Numbered from the stretch's first letter, positions 17,933-28,967 are shown. The stretch: DNA of 64,000 nucleotides from Acholeplasma sp. (GCA_036677365.1 JAVBWN010000014.1:32001-96000), one strand, 5' to 3'. Notes: generated by a model from the sequence alone, not told the origin. Translations and numbers: made by a program.

Positions 17933-18083
17933 TTTACTAATTGTAAATATTCTCTACTGATATTATATGTATTTTTATGCACAGTATATTTATTATATAT
18001 TTTTGTCACTGAAAATGCTTTTATAATTATCAAAATGTTTTATTTCAAGTTTACTTAATGTAAAATTGTTGTTATGATATAAT
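17933..18083. promoter_or_regulatory. Lysogeny switch region with two TTTAC-N5-GTAAA palindromes and an extended -10
   Basis: tttactaattgtaaa at 17933-17947, tttacttaatgtaaa at 18050-18064, TGATATAAT at 18075-18083. Confidence 0.6.
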
Positions 18084-18096
18084 AAAGGTAGGTGAG

Positions 18097-18759
18097 GTGA
18101 ACTTAATGAATAATTCTTTGAACCAGGTTGTTGGTAAGAACATAAAGTCATTGCGTACATATGCAAATATTACTCAGTCAAAATTAGCTGATGTTTTAAA
18201 AGTATCTGTAGCTACAATTTCTCTATATGAAAAAGGAGAGCGTTCGGTTCCACTTGAACATTTAGCAACTCTTTCCAGAGTATTCAATGTGAAGATTGAT
18301 GAGTTATGTTCAATTTCTATATTTGATCAACACCATGAGAACGAAGTCTTCTTTGAACATTTCAAAATAGGCACTTCTACTATTTATACGTTTGGAGAGT
18401 CACGTATATCTAATCCACATTCAATGTATTTCACCATAGAAGATTCTAATGGTGACACATTAGTTTTTCTGAGATCTTCTGAGGTAACTGAGGGAGTCAT
18501 GTTGGTATCTGAAAGTCAAATTATGAGCACATTAGAAAGAATCGATATTGACGATCTAAAGAACAAGCGACTCTTCTTAACTACGATTTCAACGTACGAA
18601 AGACAAGATGGTAGAGAATCAGTTTACACATACACCGATCATAATGGTAAGAACATGATAATGAAGAATAGAGCTATGTTTATTTACTATGGTTATTTGA
18701 TTGCTCGGATCAAGCATCTAGCAAAAACTGAAGAGTTTTTCTTCGAAATTAAATCTTGA
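18097..18759 (+). CDS. CI-like XRE-family repressor
   Basis: IKSLRTYANITQSKLADVLKVSVATISLYEKGER HTH; divergent from the Cro-like gene. Confidence 0.85.
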   Translation: MNLMNNSLNQVVGKNIKSLRTYANITQSKLADVLKVSVATISLYEKGERSVPLEHLATLSRVFNVKIDELCSISIFDQHHENEVFFEHFKIGTSTIYTFGESRISNPHSMYFTIEDSNGDTLVFLRSSEVTEGVMLVSESQIMSTLERIDIDDLKNKRLFLTTISTYERQDGRESVYTYTDHNGKNMIMKNRAMFIYYGYLIARIKHLAKTEEFFFEIKS

Positions 18760-18769
18760 TATGTATGCT

Positions 18770-18797
18770 GTGAGCCACCCCATCGGCTCACTTTTTA
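18770..18797 (+). terminator. Intrinsic terminator after the repressor
   Basis: gtgagcc-accccatc-ggctcac followed by ttttt. Confidence 0.75.
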
Positions 18798-18869
18798 TTT
18801 GATAAAATATACTTGGGTTAGTTACACGTTAGAATTGCATTCCTAAATCTAATTTAGGAGTTTTTTTAT

Positions 18870-19097
18870 ATGAACAGCTATAATATTTTGAAATCAGCAC
18901 TTTATGAATCAATCGTTTTATCTTTGTTAAAACGAAACATTTTATCGCTTGATGAAGCCATCGGTTGCTTAAATGCGATAGATAAAGACATAAAGTCAAC
19001 GAATGACTTGAATAAAGAAATGATTATGGTAAAACAAAAAAGACCTACCAATTGTAGTATTGGTAAGTCAGACTTGGAGGATTGTAATCATGAATAA
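18870..19097 (+). CDS. Small hypothetical protein leading the recombinase operon
   Basis: AGGAG RBS; overlaps the start of the first recombinase. Confidence 0.55.
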   Translation: MNSYNILKSALYESIVLSLLKRNILSLDEAIGCLNAIDKDIKSTNDLNKEMIMVKQKRPTNCSIGKSDLEDCNHE

Positions 19098-20706
19098 AGT
19101 AATTAATGTTATTCGACCAATACAAGCACACACACCAGGAGAAAATGGCGGTGTGTTTAAGCGCAAAAGAGTTGCTGCTTATGCCAGGGTATCTACAGAT
19201 TATGAAGACCAACTAAACTCATATAAAGCACAATGTGATGAGTACACGAAAATTATTACTTCAAACTCAAATTATACATTCGCAGGCTTATTTGCAGATC
19301 AAGGATTATCTGGTACTCAAGCTAAGAAAAGACCAGAGTTTATGAAGATGATTGAATGTGCAAAGAATGGTGAAATCGATTTAATCTTAACCAAATCAAT
19401 TTCACGATTTGGACGTAATACGGTTGATGTCATCACTTATATTAGAGAACTCAGAGAAATCAATGTTGAGATATATTTTGAAAAAGAAAACATTTCTTCT
19501 CTTGATCCAAAAATTGACTTTATGCTTACCATTTTATCATCAATTGCTCAAGAGGAATCAAGAGCAATTTCAACAAACGTTAAGTGGGCATACGACAAAA
19601 AATTCAAGAATGGGATTGTAGATCCAAGACGCTTTTTTGGTTATGAAGTTGTTGATGGTAAACAGGTCATCAAGGAAGACGAAGCAGTTGTAGTTAGACA
19701 AATTTTTACCTTGGCTTTAAAGAGATACAACGTCAATGATATCGTTAAAACATTAAATGTTGCGGGTATTAAAACACTAAAAGGTACCACTTGGAAGTAT
19801 GGTTCAATTCGTAGTATTTTACAAAATGAAAAGTACTGTGGTGATGCTCTTTTAAGGAAAACAGTCTGCATTGATTACTTGACAAGGAAGACCGTCCAAA
19901 ACAACAACATTGCTGATAAGTATTACGTCTCTAACAATCATGAACCAATCATTGATAAGGAAACATTTGATTCAGTTCAGTTGTTGCTTAAGGATAAATC
20001 CGATGTCGTTAGAAATTTGAACAAGACCACCAAATATCCTCTTACAGGCATTCTTTACTGCCCTAAGTGTGGTAGAACCTTAAAACGACAACAAGTCAAT
20101 CGTGGGGCAAACATGACGGTTGTATTAAACTGTAATCATTCCTATGGGAATGACCACATCTGTAAGAGTGGTTCTCCTAAATATGACCTAGTCGTCAATG
20201 CAGCAATAGATTCTATTCATGAAATCTATGCAAGTGATCAAGTCTTATCAAATCTCTTTGATGTGTTTGATAATAATGTTGCTTTAAATGATTTACGAGC
20301 AGAGTTGAATGCGTTAAAAGAATCAAACAAGCATCTTCACTCACTTCATCATGATGATCCTAGCAATAACGATATCATCAATCAAATTCTTCATAATGAC
20401 ACCAAGATTGAAACTCTTCAGAAAGAGCTCATCAGCAATTTGTCTTCTTCTGTTAGACTTGACTACATCAAATCAATTGTGAAAAATGAGCAAATGGAGA
20501 TTGACTCTATCAAGTTCAAAGATATCTATTCCCTGGTTTTAGCTGATGAACATAAAATCACATTTGTCATTTCGCCAACGAAACCCATGAACGCACTCGT
20601 TGATGATATTCCAACTCTACTTGAACTTGAATCCATTCTAAGCAAAATGTACATCTCTAAAGATGAACAAAGCGGTATTTTTTACGAGGTTAAGATATAT
20701 GAATAA
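19090..20706 (+). CDS. Large serine recombinase with zinc ribbon
   Basis: AAYARVST, DQGLSGT...RPEF, TKSISRFGRN, ILQNEKYCG, HEPII, CPKCG...C...C. Confidence 0.92.
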   Translation: MNKVINVIRPIQAHTPGENGGVFKRKRVAAYARVSTDYEDQLNSYKAQCDEYTKIITSNSNYTFAGLFADQGLSGTQAKKRPEFMKMIECAKNGEIDLILTKSISRFGRNTVDVITYIRELREINVEIYFEKENISSLDPKIDFMLTILSSIAQEESRAISTNVKWAYDKKFKNGIVDPRRFFGYEVVDGKQVIKEDEAVVVRQIFTLALKRYNVNDIVKTLNVAGIKTLKGTTWKYGSIRSILQNEKYCGDALLRKTVCIDYLTRKTVQNNNIADKYYVSNNHEPIIDKETFDSVQLLLKDKSDVVRNLNKTTKYPLTGILYCPKCGRTLKRQQVNRGANMTVVLNCNHSYGNDHICKSGSPKYDLVVNAAIDSIHEIYASDQVLSNLFDVFDNNVALNDLRAELNALKESNKHLHSLHHDDPSNNDIINQILHNDTKIETLQKELISNLSSSVRLDYIKSIVKNEQMEIDSIKFKDIYSLVLADEHKITFVISPTKPMNALVDDIPTLLELESILSKMYISKDEQSGIFYEVKIYE

Positions 20707-22171
20707 TGTTGATGTCATCAAAGTCATTCAAAAACCAGGTGTTAAGAAAAGAGTGGTTGGTTATGCGAGAGTATCTACTTCTGATGAACATCAAGATAGT
20801 TCATTTCGTGTTCAGTTAGACGAACTAGAAAAATACATTAGAGATAATCCATCTTATGAATTTATCGGAATGTTCAAAGATAGAAAAAGTGGAACGACCA
20901 CCAAACATCGAAACGAATTTAATGTAATGATTGATTTAGCAAGTGCTGGTGAAATTGATGTCATCATCACGAAATCAATAACCAGGTTCGCTCGTAATAT
21001 TCTAGATACTATATTACTTGTTAGAAGTTTGAAACTGAATAACGTTGAGATAATTTTTCAAAAAGAGAACATATCTTCACTAGATCCACAAATGGAATTC
21101 GTTTTATCTGTATTAGCAATGCACGCTGAAGAGGAATCGAAAAACAATTCAGAAAACACAAAATGGAGCATCAAGCGGAAAATACATAATGGTGGCAATC
21201 TTACAAGTCATATTTATGGATATAGGATAAAAGGGGAAATCTGGGAGGTTTTCGAACCAGAGGCTAGAATAGTTCGCATGTTATTTGACATGTATCTAAA
21301 TAATGTATCTTACAAAATGATGATAGAAAAACTTCATCAATTAAAGATAAAAACATTTACAGGTAAAGACAAATGGCACCAAGGAACCATTGAGCAAATG
21401 TTGCAAAACGAAAAGTATGCAGGACATATGGCATTAGGAAAAACATATATTGTCGATGGTACATCTCTTAGGACAAAACGCATAAATCAAGATGAGCATT
21501 TTGTCTTCAATCATCATACTCCAATCATCTCTCCAGAAACATTTAATGCCGCCATGAATCTTCGTTCAAAGCGAACTAGAAACGAATTACTACATTATGT
21601 ACCTGCTTTAGAAAGAGTCACTCCATTCTATCAATTTGTTTATTCTGCAGAAAATCAAAGATATCTAAAATATGTCGTAGAAAGACCTAAAGGTAAATAT
21701 GAAATTCCCACGTTGTTCTGTTATAACCAGGATAAAGCAAATAGAGTGATGATAACAGTAAATAATTTATTTCTTCTACTCAATGATTCCTTGAATAACA
21801 CTAAACATAAAATTGGAGATACTACATCAATGATTAGCGATTACATCACATCATGTATCCAAGAAATAGATACCGAGTTGACCACTTCTGCAGTTTATAG
21901 AATTGAAAATCTATCAAAACGCACTTTACTTTTACAAAGCAAAAAGAAGTTACCAAGTTACATTCGTGGCATTAAGGCTTTCAAGAAAGCTGATTCAATA
22001 GAGGATATGAAGAAATATATTAGATTGGTTAGGATCAATGATTATAATAGTTATAGCATTTACCTAAATGTATTGAGCGGTAATGAAAGTGAATATCATC
22101 TTTTCGATTCTGAAATGAGTCTAAAACTTAAATACAGCATCCAAAATGTAAAATACTCAGTTTACATTTGA
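20699..22171 (+). CDS. Second large serine recombinase, zinc ribbon degenerate
   Basis: VGYARVST, KSITRFARN, LQNEKYAG, HTPII; no CxxC in the C-terminal region. Confidence 0.9.
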   Translation: MNNVDVIKVIQKPGVKKRVVGYARVSTSDEHQDSSFRVQLDELEKYIRDNPSYEFIGMFKDRKSGTTTKHRNEFNVMIDLASAGEIDVIITKSITRFARNILDTILLVRSLKLNNVEIIFQKENISSLDPQMEFVLSVLAMHAEEESKNNSENTKWSIKRKIHNGGNLTSHIYGYRIKGEIWEVFEPEARIVRMLFDMYLNNVSYKMMIEKLHQLKIKTFTGKDKWHQGTIEQMLQNEKYAGHMALGKTYIVDGTSLRTKRINQDEHFVFNHHTPIISPETFNAAMNLRSKRTRNELLHYVPALERVTPFYQFVYSAENQRYLKYVVERPKGKYEIPTLFCYNQDKANRVMITVNNLFLLLNDSLNNTKHKIGDTTSMISDYITSCIQEIDTELTTSAVYRIENLSKRTLLLQSKKKLPSYIRGIKAFKKADSIEDMKKYIRLVRINDYNSYSIYLNVLSGNESEYHLFDSEMSLKLKYSIQNVKYSVYI

Positions 22172-22257
22172 AGTTCGGATTCGTGTTATGTCCGTCTCAA
22201 ATACTGGTTCAAACTCGTGTCACCTATTCTTTTTTAGATATAAACATTTCAATCAGC

Positions 22258-22300
22258 AGTCTACCAATCAATTAGCAGTTTTCTCGGTAGACTCTTTTTT
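22258..22300 (+). terminator. Terminator of the recombinase operon
   Basis: agtctacc...ggtagact stem followed by a T-run; faces the tRNA terminator (atgccc/gggcat) at about 22305-22327. Confidence 0.55.
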
Positions 22301-22374
22301 ATACAAAAAAATGCCCAATAAGGGCATAAATTTGTGAAATTAGCTCGTTTTTTCGAACCAATTCAAGATTAGTT

Positions 22375-22448
22375 TGGAGGCCCCGACCGGATTTGAACCG
22401 ACGATCAGGCAGTTGCAGTGCCGTGCCTTACCACTTGGCTACAGGGCC
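22375..22448 (-). tRNA. tRNA-Cys (GCA)
   Basis: Minus strand GGCCCTGTAGCCAAGTGGTAAGGCACGGCACTGCAACTGCCTGATCGTCGGTTCAAATCCGGTCGGGGCCTCCA; 74 nt cloverleaf with encoded CCA. Confidence 0.95.
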
Positions 22449-22496
22449 ATTTAAACGTGCTATTACATTATAAACGGTAAATAGCACGTTTGTCAA

Positions 22497-24452
22497 TTAG
22501 GTGTTTAGTGTTAAGTTTGTAAAACGATTTCTTGGTTGTGGGGTATGTGAAGATAGTATGGTATTTGTGGTATCAAAACTGCTGTAAACAGACTTTTGAA
22601 GTTGTAGTTCAGCCAGTACCATATCTCTTAATAATGTACCATCAAAGTTCGGATTAGACCCGTAGATGAATGGGTTATCGGTCTTATCAAAGATATAATC
22701 GTTGGTAGCGACTTTATACAATGTACCTGGAACAAACTCAGTTACAGTGGTACTATAGGCATCACTCGAACGATTGATAAAGTTTTGAATGACAGCGCCA
22801 TCTAAATACACGGTTTTAATGGTGTTATCGAATGGGAATATTTTATATAGTTTACCTAAAGTAATCGATTCATTGCTTGCCATCGAATCTCTGGTGCCAC
22901 CATAGTTATGGAAAGCGATGTCTGCGTTGGTCACTTGTCTCATCAAATCGGCTAACCAGTCCGATAAAGTGGATGATGGGATATAACGCGCTGCTTTGAT
23001 GATTTCTGTGTTGAATAACACATCGGTTTCTGCCTTATAACCATCGATCAATGCTTTCACTGCAGGATCTGGTGTATTTAATGCTGAATGGGTTTTGACA
23101 TTATTTGCGGTGATGGTGTTGCTATTTAAATCGATGCGGATATTACCGACATATTTACCATTCGAACTGCTTTGGATGATGGTGGTAGAACCGATGGTTT
23201 GAACATACCTCGAATGGGAGTGGGCATTGAAAATGATGTCCACTTTTTTATTGCCTGTGAATTGGGAAACTTGTGAATTGATGTTGCCGGAATCGTGCGA
23301 TAAGACAAATACATAATCGACATCTTCTTCTGTTCTTAAATATTCTGCGTAGTATTCGATGATCGAAACTGGGGATGCGAAGACGTAACCTGTGATTTTA
23401 CTTTGAGCAATCGAGGATTCTAGTCCATAACCCATCGTGCCAATGATACCAATCTTGATGTCACCTCGTTGGATGATGGTATACGGTTCTAAGTGTTCAA
23501 TCATGGTTTCGGTGGATTCATAATACACATTCGCACCTAAGAGTGGGAAAGTAGCTTCCCCATTGCTGGTATCACCATCAAAATAATTGGTGATGACATC
23601 GATGCCCCAGTCGAACTCGTGGTTACCTAAAACCATCGCGTCAAATCCCATGGCATTCATGATTTCTAAGGTTGAACGACCTAAGTAATAATTGGATAGT
23701 GCTGAGCCTTGGAACATATCCCCACCACCGAGTAAAATAACACCATCTGGGTTATTGGTACGGTGGAAATTGACGTAATTGGCGATGTAGGCTAAGCCCA
23801 AGTCATCGGTCCCTTTTTCAATCGAACCGTGCAAGTCATTTAAATAGAGAATATCGATATAATTGAGTTCAATGGGGTCTTTAGACCATTCAGCCACCAG
23901 CGTGATGTCTTGTGTGATTGGGGTGTTAAAGTTGAATACTGCGCCATTGATGGTATCGATACGCCATAAAACAAAGGTATAGCCAATACGGGTTGGGTCA
24001 TTGGGTGTCGGCACTTTTTTGCTTTCTTCCACTTGGGCTGGATTGACCAATGAACCCCCATTGGAATCAAAAGTAACCGTATAATAAACAGTCGCGTCTA
24101 ATTTCAATACTTTCACATTGAAGTTTCTTGAAAATTGATAACCTTCTAAAGATAACATCACTGTTAATGTTACAACGCGGTCACCAGCTTCAAAACTGGG
24201 TCTGGTGACAACCCCTAGATTAGAAATCACTTCAGGTGTATTGGATTGCCAGGAAAGCTCGATGGTCTTTTCCTTGTAGGTTAAAGTGGATGGAAGTGTT
24301 AAATGCGTATCGGTTACACTGGGTTGAGAAAGACTTGCGGATGCTTCTAATAAGAATGCATTGTAGTCGAATGGTTCGGTGTTATTTTCCACACAAGCCA
24401 CCAGTGAAAACCCAAGAAATGCTGTTAAAACCAGTAATAAAACTTTTTTCAT
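22497..24452 (-). CDS. Lipoprotein 5'-nucleotidase/metallophosphatase with Ig-like and InlB B-repeat domains
   Basis: Lipobox LVAC; YTVTFDSNGGS repeat; NDLHG, GGDMFQG, LGNHEFD, HSH; C-terminal HNYGGTR...IFPFDN. Confidence 0.88.
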   Translation of the reverse strand: MKKVLLLVLTAFLGFSLVACVENNTEPFDYNAFLLEASASLSQPSVTDTHLTLPSTLTYKEKTIELSWQSNTPEVISNLGVVTRPSFEAGDRVVTLTVMLSLEGYQFSRNFNVKVLKLDATVYYTVTFDSNGGSLVNPAQVEESKKVPTPNDPTRIGYTFVLWRIDTINGAVFNFNTPITQDITLVAEWSKDPIELNYIDILYLNDLHGSIEKGTDDLGLAYIANYVNFHRTNNPDGVILLGGGDMFQGSALSNYYLGRSTLEIMNAMGFDAMVLGNHEFDWGIDVITNYFDGDTSNGEATFPLLGANVYYESTETMIEHLEPYTIIQRGDIKIGIIGTMGYGLESSIAQSKITGYVFASPVSIIEYYAEYLRTEEDVDYVFVLSHDSGNINSQVSQFTGNKKVDIIFNAHSHSRYVQTIGSTTIIQSSSNGKYVGNIRIDLNSNTITANNVKTHSALNTPDPAVKALIDGYKAETDVLFNTEIIKAARYIPSSTLSDWLADLMRQVTNADIAFHNYGGTRDSMASNESITLGKLYKIFPFDNTIKTVYLDGAVIQNFINRSSDAYSTTVTEFVPGTLYKVATNDYIFDKTDNPFIYGSNPNFDGTLLRDMVLAELQLQKSVYSSFDTTNTILSSHTPQPRNRFTNLTLNT

Positions 24453-24536
24453 ATGACAAAACTCCTTATACATTAGCATTTTATTATAGCACGAAAACGC
24501 ATTCAAAAAAAGTAAGAATATTTAAGGACAATCGGG

Positions 24537-24601
24537 TTGACAAAGAAAATACTTCGGATTATAATAAAGTTGAATTAGCACTCATTATTATAGAGTGCCA
24601 A
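24537..24601 (+). promoter_or_regulatory. Sigma-A promoter and CIRCE (HrcA operator) of clpB
   Basis: TTGACA(24537)-17 bp-TATAAT(24560); TTAGCACTC-N9-GAGTGCCAA at 24575-24601. Confidence 0.93.
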
Positions 24602-24618
24602 AATTAGGAGTTGATACT

Positions 24619-26730
24619 ATGATGCCACAAATGGAAAACTACGATAAAGACCCGAATTTATTGGAAAAGTTTGGACGTAATATCGTTGAAGAAGTGAAAA
24701 AAGGTAAAATCGACCCTGTGATTGGACGTGAAGATGAAATCCGTCGAATGATCAAGATTTTATCGAGAAAAACCAAAAATAACCCTGTTTTGATTGGTGA
24801 ACCCGGGGTCGGTAAAACCGCAATCGTCGAAGGTCTCGCAAGACGCATTGTCGATAAAGATGTGCCGCTGGGTTTACAAAATAAAACGATTTATGAACTT
24901 GACTTGGCTGCGTTGGTGGCTGGGGCTAAATTTCGTGGTGAATTTGAAGAAAGACTGAAGGCGGTTTTGAATAAGATCAAAACTTCTGATGGCGACATCA
25001 TTTTATTCATCGATGAAATCCATACCATTGTCGGTGCCGGTCGTGCCGATGGGGCGATGGACGCTTCGAATATGTTAAAACCGATGCTTGCGCGCGGTGA
25101 ACTCCACTGCATAGGAGCTACCACACTCAATGAATACCGTAAATACATCGAAAAAGACACCGCCTTAGAAAGACGTTTTCAAAAGATCCAAATCGATGAA
25201 CCCACCGTACTAGATACCATTTCAATCTTAAGAGGCCTCAAAGACCGCTTTGAAGCCCACCACGGGGTTCATATTTCTGATAACGCGATTGTTTCTGCGG
25301 CTACCCTCTCTAACCGCTACATCACTGACCGCTTCTTACCCGATAAAGCAATCGATTTGATCGATGAAGCGTGTGCCTCCATCCGTATGGAAATCGACTC
25401 GATGCCGGTTGAACTCGACAGCGTGATGCGTAAAATCATGCAGCTAGAAATCGAAAAGAGCGCTTTATCGAAGGAATCCGATGCGTTATCGAAAGAACGT
25501 TTGAAAAAAATTGAGGATGAACTCATCGAACAACGCACCACGGAAAAGAAATATAAATCCCAATGGGAAAAAGAAAAATCTGAACTTCAAGCGGTGAAAC
25601 AGCTCAAACAAGATTTGGAAAACTTGAAGAATCAACTTCAGAATGCATTTAACCAATCCGATTACAGTACGGCCGCTGAACTTCAATATTCGAAAATTCC
25701 AAAACTCGAAAAACAAATTGAAGAGAAAACCAACAACACCCAAGAACGGATGATTTCAGAAGTCGTCACTGAAGATAACATCGCTGAAATCATTTCGAAA
25801 TGGACCCACATCCCTGTGGAAAAACTCGTTCAAGCCGATCGAGATAAATTACTACATTTGAAAGAACAGATGTCTTTACGCGTCATCGGTCAAGACCACG
25901 CACTCAAGCTCATCAGTGACGCGATTATCCGTCAACGTGCCGGGATTAAAGATGCGAATAAACCGATTGGTTCATTCATGTTCTTAGGACCTACCGGTGT
26001 GGGTAAAACCGAGGTAGCGCGAAGTTTGGCCGAAAATCTCTTTGACGATGAATCCCACATCGTTAGAATCGATATGTCTGAATACATGGAAAGACACAGC
26101 GTTTCTCGTTTGGTGGGTGCGCCACCAGGGTATGTGGGTTACGATGAAGGTGGCCAACTCACCGAAGCCGTTAGACGTAAACCCTATTCCATTGTTTTAT
26201 TTGATGAAATTGAAAAAGCCCACCCAGAAGTATTCAATATCCTCTTACAAATTCTTGACGATGGCCGTTTGACCGATAACCAAGGCAGAACGGTGGATTT
26301 TAAAAACACGATCATCATCATGACTTCTAACTTGGGTAGTGAATTCTTATTAAAGGATTTGGATAAAGGTAAAAACGAAGTGATGAACCTCGTGAAAGAA
26401 ACGTTTAAGCCAGAATTTTTAAACCGTATCGATGAAATCATCATTTTCAACCCACTCGGTTTCAACGTTCAAATCAAGATCGTCGATAAGATGTTATCGG
26501 ATTTACAAAAACGTTTAATGGATAAAGACATCAAAGTGTTATTCACAGAAGACTTAAAAAAATATATCTTAAAACATGGCTATTCGATGGAATATGGTGC
26601 GAGACCGATCAAACGTTTCATCTCCAAAGAACTTGAAACGTTCATCGCGATTCGTATCATTGAAGGCTTCATACAACCACACCAAGCTTATTCGGTGTCT
26701 GTGGTAGACGAACAATTAACCATAGCGTAA
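24619..26730 (+). CDS. clpB: ClpB chaperone lacking the N-terminal domain
   Basis: Two AAA+ modules ([16 protein letters not shown]), middle coiled coil, GAPPGYVGY. Confidence 0.93.
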   Translation: MMPQMENYDKDPNLLEKFGRNIVEEVKKGKIDPVIGREDEIRRMIKILSRKTKNNPVLIGEPGVGKTAIVEGLARRIVDKDVPLGLQNKTIYELDLAALVAGAKFRGEFEERLKAVLNKIKTSDGDIILFIDEIHTIVGAGRADGAMDASNMLKPMLARGELHCIGATTLNEYRKYIEKDTALERRFQKIQIDEPTVLDTISILRGLKDRFEAHHGVHISDNAIVSAATLSNRYITDRFLPDKAIDLIDEACASIRMEIDSMPVELDSVMRKIMQLEIEKSALSKESDALSKERLKKIEDELIEQRTTEKKYKSQWEKEKSELQAVKQLKQDLENLKNQLQNAFNQSDYSTAAELQYSKIPKLEKQIEEKTNNTQERMISEVVTEDNIAEIISKWTHIPVEKLVQADRDKLLHLKEQMSLRVIGQDHALKLISDAIIRQRAGIKDANKPIGSFMFLGPTGVGKTEVARSLAENLFDDESHIVRIDMSEYMERHSVSRLVGAPPGYVGYDEGGQLTEAVRRKPYSIVLFDEIEKAHPEVFNILLQILDDGRLTDNQGRTVDFKNTIIIMTSNLGSEFLLKDLDKGKNEVMNLVKETFKPEFLNRIDEIIIFNPLGFNVQIKIVDKMLSDLQKRLMDKDIKVLFTEDLKKYILKHGYSMEYGARPIKRFISKELETFIAIRIIEGFIQPHQAYSVSVVDEQLTIA

Positions 26731-26731
26731 T

Positions 26732-26772
26732 AAAAAAAACTGACCTCATTTGGATATGAGCGTCAGTTTTTA
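26732..26772. terminator. Bidirectional terminator between clpB and the GH13 gene
   Basis: A-run, ctgac...gtcag stem, T-run between convergent genes. Confidence 0.7.
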
Positions 26773-26778
26773 TTATGT

Positions 26779-28269
26779 TTATACGCGTTTGTATGGGGTA
26801 TAACTCTTTTCAGGTTGTGTCTTTGGTTTCAGTAACACAAACGATTTAGGTGCTAATTTGACTTGTAAGAGGCCAGCGATTAAGGATACTTGATCGATTT
26901 GACCTAAGATAACTTCAAACTTCGAATAATTCATTAATGAAGAATCTGGCACCAAGATGAATTCTTCTACTGCTACCTCAGTTGGATTGATTAAGATCAA
27001 GATTGTATCTGAAACATCATCGGTATGTCTTTCATAAGCAATCAGTTTGGATGAAATTAGTGGTAAGTAATCACCCACCATCAACGCTTTTTCTTGTTTA
27101 TGGACTTGAATCAATTGTTTGATCCAAACGAGTCTTGGGTTATCTTCTTTATATAAAGACCAATCCATTGGCGCACGGTTTTCTGGGTCATTCCCACCCG
27201 TCATACCAAGTTCTGAACCATAATATAGATTGGGTGACCCAGGGAATGTAAATTGAATCACTTCGGCGAGTCTTTGGTCTTTCTCATTCAAACGGTGGTT
27301 TAATCTCACCGTATCGTGGTTATCTAAGATGTTCCAAGATTTGAGTAACCCATCGATTCCACAATCTACAACCATCTTTTCTAACAAAGCATTGACTTCT
27401 TTCGGTGTAAATTTGTTTTCAACTGCGTGGAATGTAATTTCTCTTAAGGTGAAGTTCATCACACCATCCATGGCGTTTAACCAACGCTTTGGATAGTTCC
27501 AAGTCTCACCAACCACGAGGGCGGTTTCTTTTTCTTGGTGGGCATGGTTGGTTAAATCTTTTAGAATGTCATAGCCAATATCAAAAGCAACATCAAGCCT
27601 AAACCCATCGACCCCTTGTTTTAAGTAACTACGAATCACAGAGGACTCTTTTTTATAAATGTAGTCTTTCACCGCTTCATTTTCGAGATTGAGTTCAGGC
27701 AAGCTTTTCGCATCCGCCCAAAGTCTCACACCTTCTGGGTATTGTGCTCCAAAATAGAACCATGAACGATAGGGGGAATGTTCGTCCAACGCGCTTTGAA
27801 AATACGGTGAGTTCACACCCATGTGATTGAATACACCATCTAAAATTAAGCGCTGTCCTTGATTATGAAGCGCATCCGCTATTGCTTTTAAATCGTGGTG
27901 GTCCCCATATTCAGGTGATATCTTTAAATAATCCGAAGCGTCGTATTTGTGGTTGGATAAGGAATCAAAGATGGGATTGAGGTAAAGCATGTCGATGTCT
28001 AATGCTTTGAGGTAATCGAGCTTTTTCATTAAACTCTTGAGGTCGCCACCCCAAAACTCCAGTTCATGACTCCAGTACTTCGCATCCGGCATGAAGTGCC
28101 CACCTTTGGGTAAGGTATCCCAAGTTTTAAGGGAACGCGGGTAAGCGTATAAGTGTTTCTTCCCTTCTAAATTAGACGCAGGGACAAATCGGTCGACGAT
28201 GACTTGATAGACGATTCTCCCCATGTTTGGGTTTTTCAGTCTTTCATCGTATAGCCAAGGTTTTCTCAT
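26779..28269 (-). CDS. GH13 alpha-amylase family glycosidase (neopullulanase/cyclomaltodextrinase-like)
   Basis: NHKYD, LDGVFNH, GFRLDVA, GETW, NHD, YYGSELG. Confidence 0.9.
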   Translation of the reverse strand: MRKPWLYDERLKNPNMGRIVYQVIVDRFVPASNLEGKKHLYAYPRSLKTWDTLPKGGHFMPDAKYWSHELEFWGGDLKSLMKKLDYLKALDIDMLYLNPIFDSLSNHKYDASDYLKISPEYGDHHDLKAIADALHNQGQRLILDGVFNHMGVNSPYFQSALDEHSPYRSWFYFGAQYPEGVRLWADAKSLPELNLENEAVKDYIYKKESSVIRSYLKQGVDGFRLDVAFDIGYDILKDLTNHAHQEKETALVVGETWNYPKRWLNAMDGVMNFTLREITFHAVENKFTPKEVNALLEKMVVDCGIDGLLKSWNILDNHDTVRLNHRLNEKDQRLAEVIQFTFPGSPNLYYGSELGMTGGNDPENRAPMDWSLYKEDNPRLVWIKQLIQVHKQEKALMVGDYLPLISSKLIAYERHTDDVSDTILILINPTEVAVEEFILVPDSSLMNYSKFEVILGQIDQVSLIAGLLQVKLAPKSFVLLKPKTQPEKSYTPYKRV

Positions 28270-28355
28270 AATACACCTTCTTTCGGTTATAGATTATACC
28301 ATCATTTGGATGGTTTTTTCCTCAGTGTTGGTTGAAACCCGATAAAAATCACAGA

Positions 28356-28967
28356 TCAAGACTTCAATTTGAGTGTATCAAAGAGGTATTGTTTGAGCTT
28401 AATAAAGCCAAGCCCAAACAACACCAATAATGGTAACATGACCACCAAATTCGTGACTAAAAATGACACAATCCCTTGGTTGGGATCCATGAACGGGTAA
28501 GGGTAATAGCTTGTAAATATACCGGTGATTTGAAACGTTATGAAGTATAAAAACGGGTGTAATAACAGCACATAAATCGATTGGACTTTAGGTCGATCTA
28601 AAACGAATATAAAATACAAAATCACGTATAAAATCGGTACGATGGTGTGGGTAACGAGCATGATGAATAGCTGTACTTCTGAAAATCCCACCACCAACTC
28701 ACGCAATAACAGATTATAAACAATACCTGTCAGTACGATGTCTAGCAGAGCGATGAGGGCGATTTTAGGAAACCATTTGGACTTGTCCCAGCCAAAGACC
28801 ATCAAAAAAGTCACGATGAAAACCAATAAGTTACTTTGATTGGTGAAATAACGGATGTTGTTTAGACCAAATTCCACGTAACTATAAAAAGTCCCGTACA
28901 TCGAAAAACCAAAAGCCAACATTAAAAGTATGAATTTAAATGAATATATGAAATAAGGTTTTAACAT
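28356..28967 (-). CDS. Pr6Pr-family membrane protein
   Basis: YFTNQSN, HTIVP, YYPYPFMD motifs. Confidence 0.75.
   Translation of the reverse strand: MLKPYFIYSFKFILLMLAFGFSMYGTFYSYVEFGLNNIRYFTNQSNLLVFIVTFLMVFGWDKSKWFPKIALIALLDIVLTGIVYNLLLRELVVGFSEVQLFIMLVTHTIVPILYVILYFIFVLDRPKVQSIYVLLLHPFLYFITFQITGIFTSYYPYPFMDPNQGIVSFLVTNLVVMLPLLVLFGLGFIKLKQYLFDTLKLKS

Larger units (their letters stand above)
1..22300. mobile_element. Prophage-like integrated element, right-hand part; left end lies outside the window
   Basis: Serine recombinase pair, divergent XRE repressor/Cro-like pair, antirepressor, excisionase-like HTH, replisome organiser, terminase-small-like and ParB-methylase genes. Visibly more AT-rich than DNA right of 22.5 kb and ends next to a tRNA 3' end. 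Right boundary approximate; no capsid or tail genes seen in this window. Confidence 0.8.

Noticed and set aside
22200..22225. ggttcaaactc read as a tRNA fragment marking an att site
   Set aside because: Only T-loop-like; it does not match the tRNA-Cys 3' end and is in the opposite orientation.
24619..26730. Short ClpB read as a truncated pseudogene
   Set aside because: It has an intact promoter, CIRCE, RBS and both AAA+ domains; ClpB without the N-domain is known in Mollicutes.
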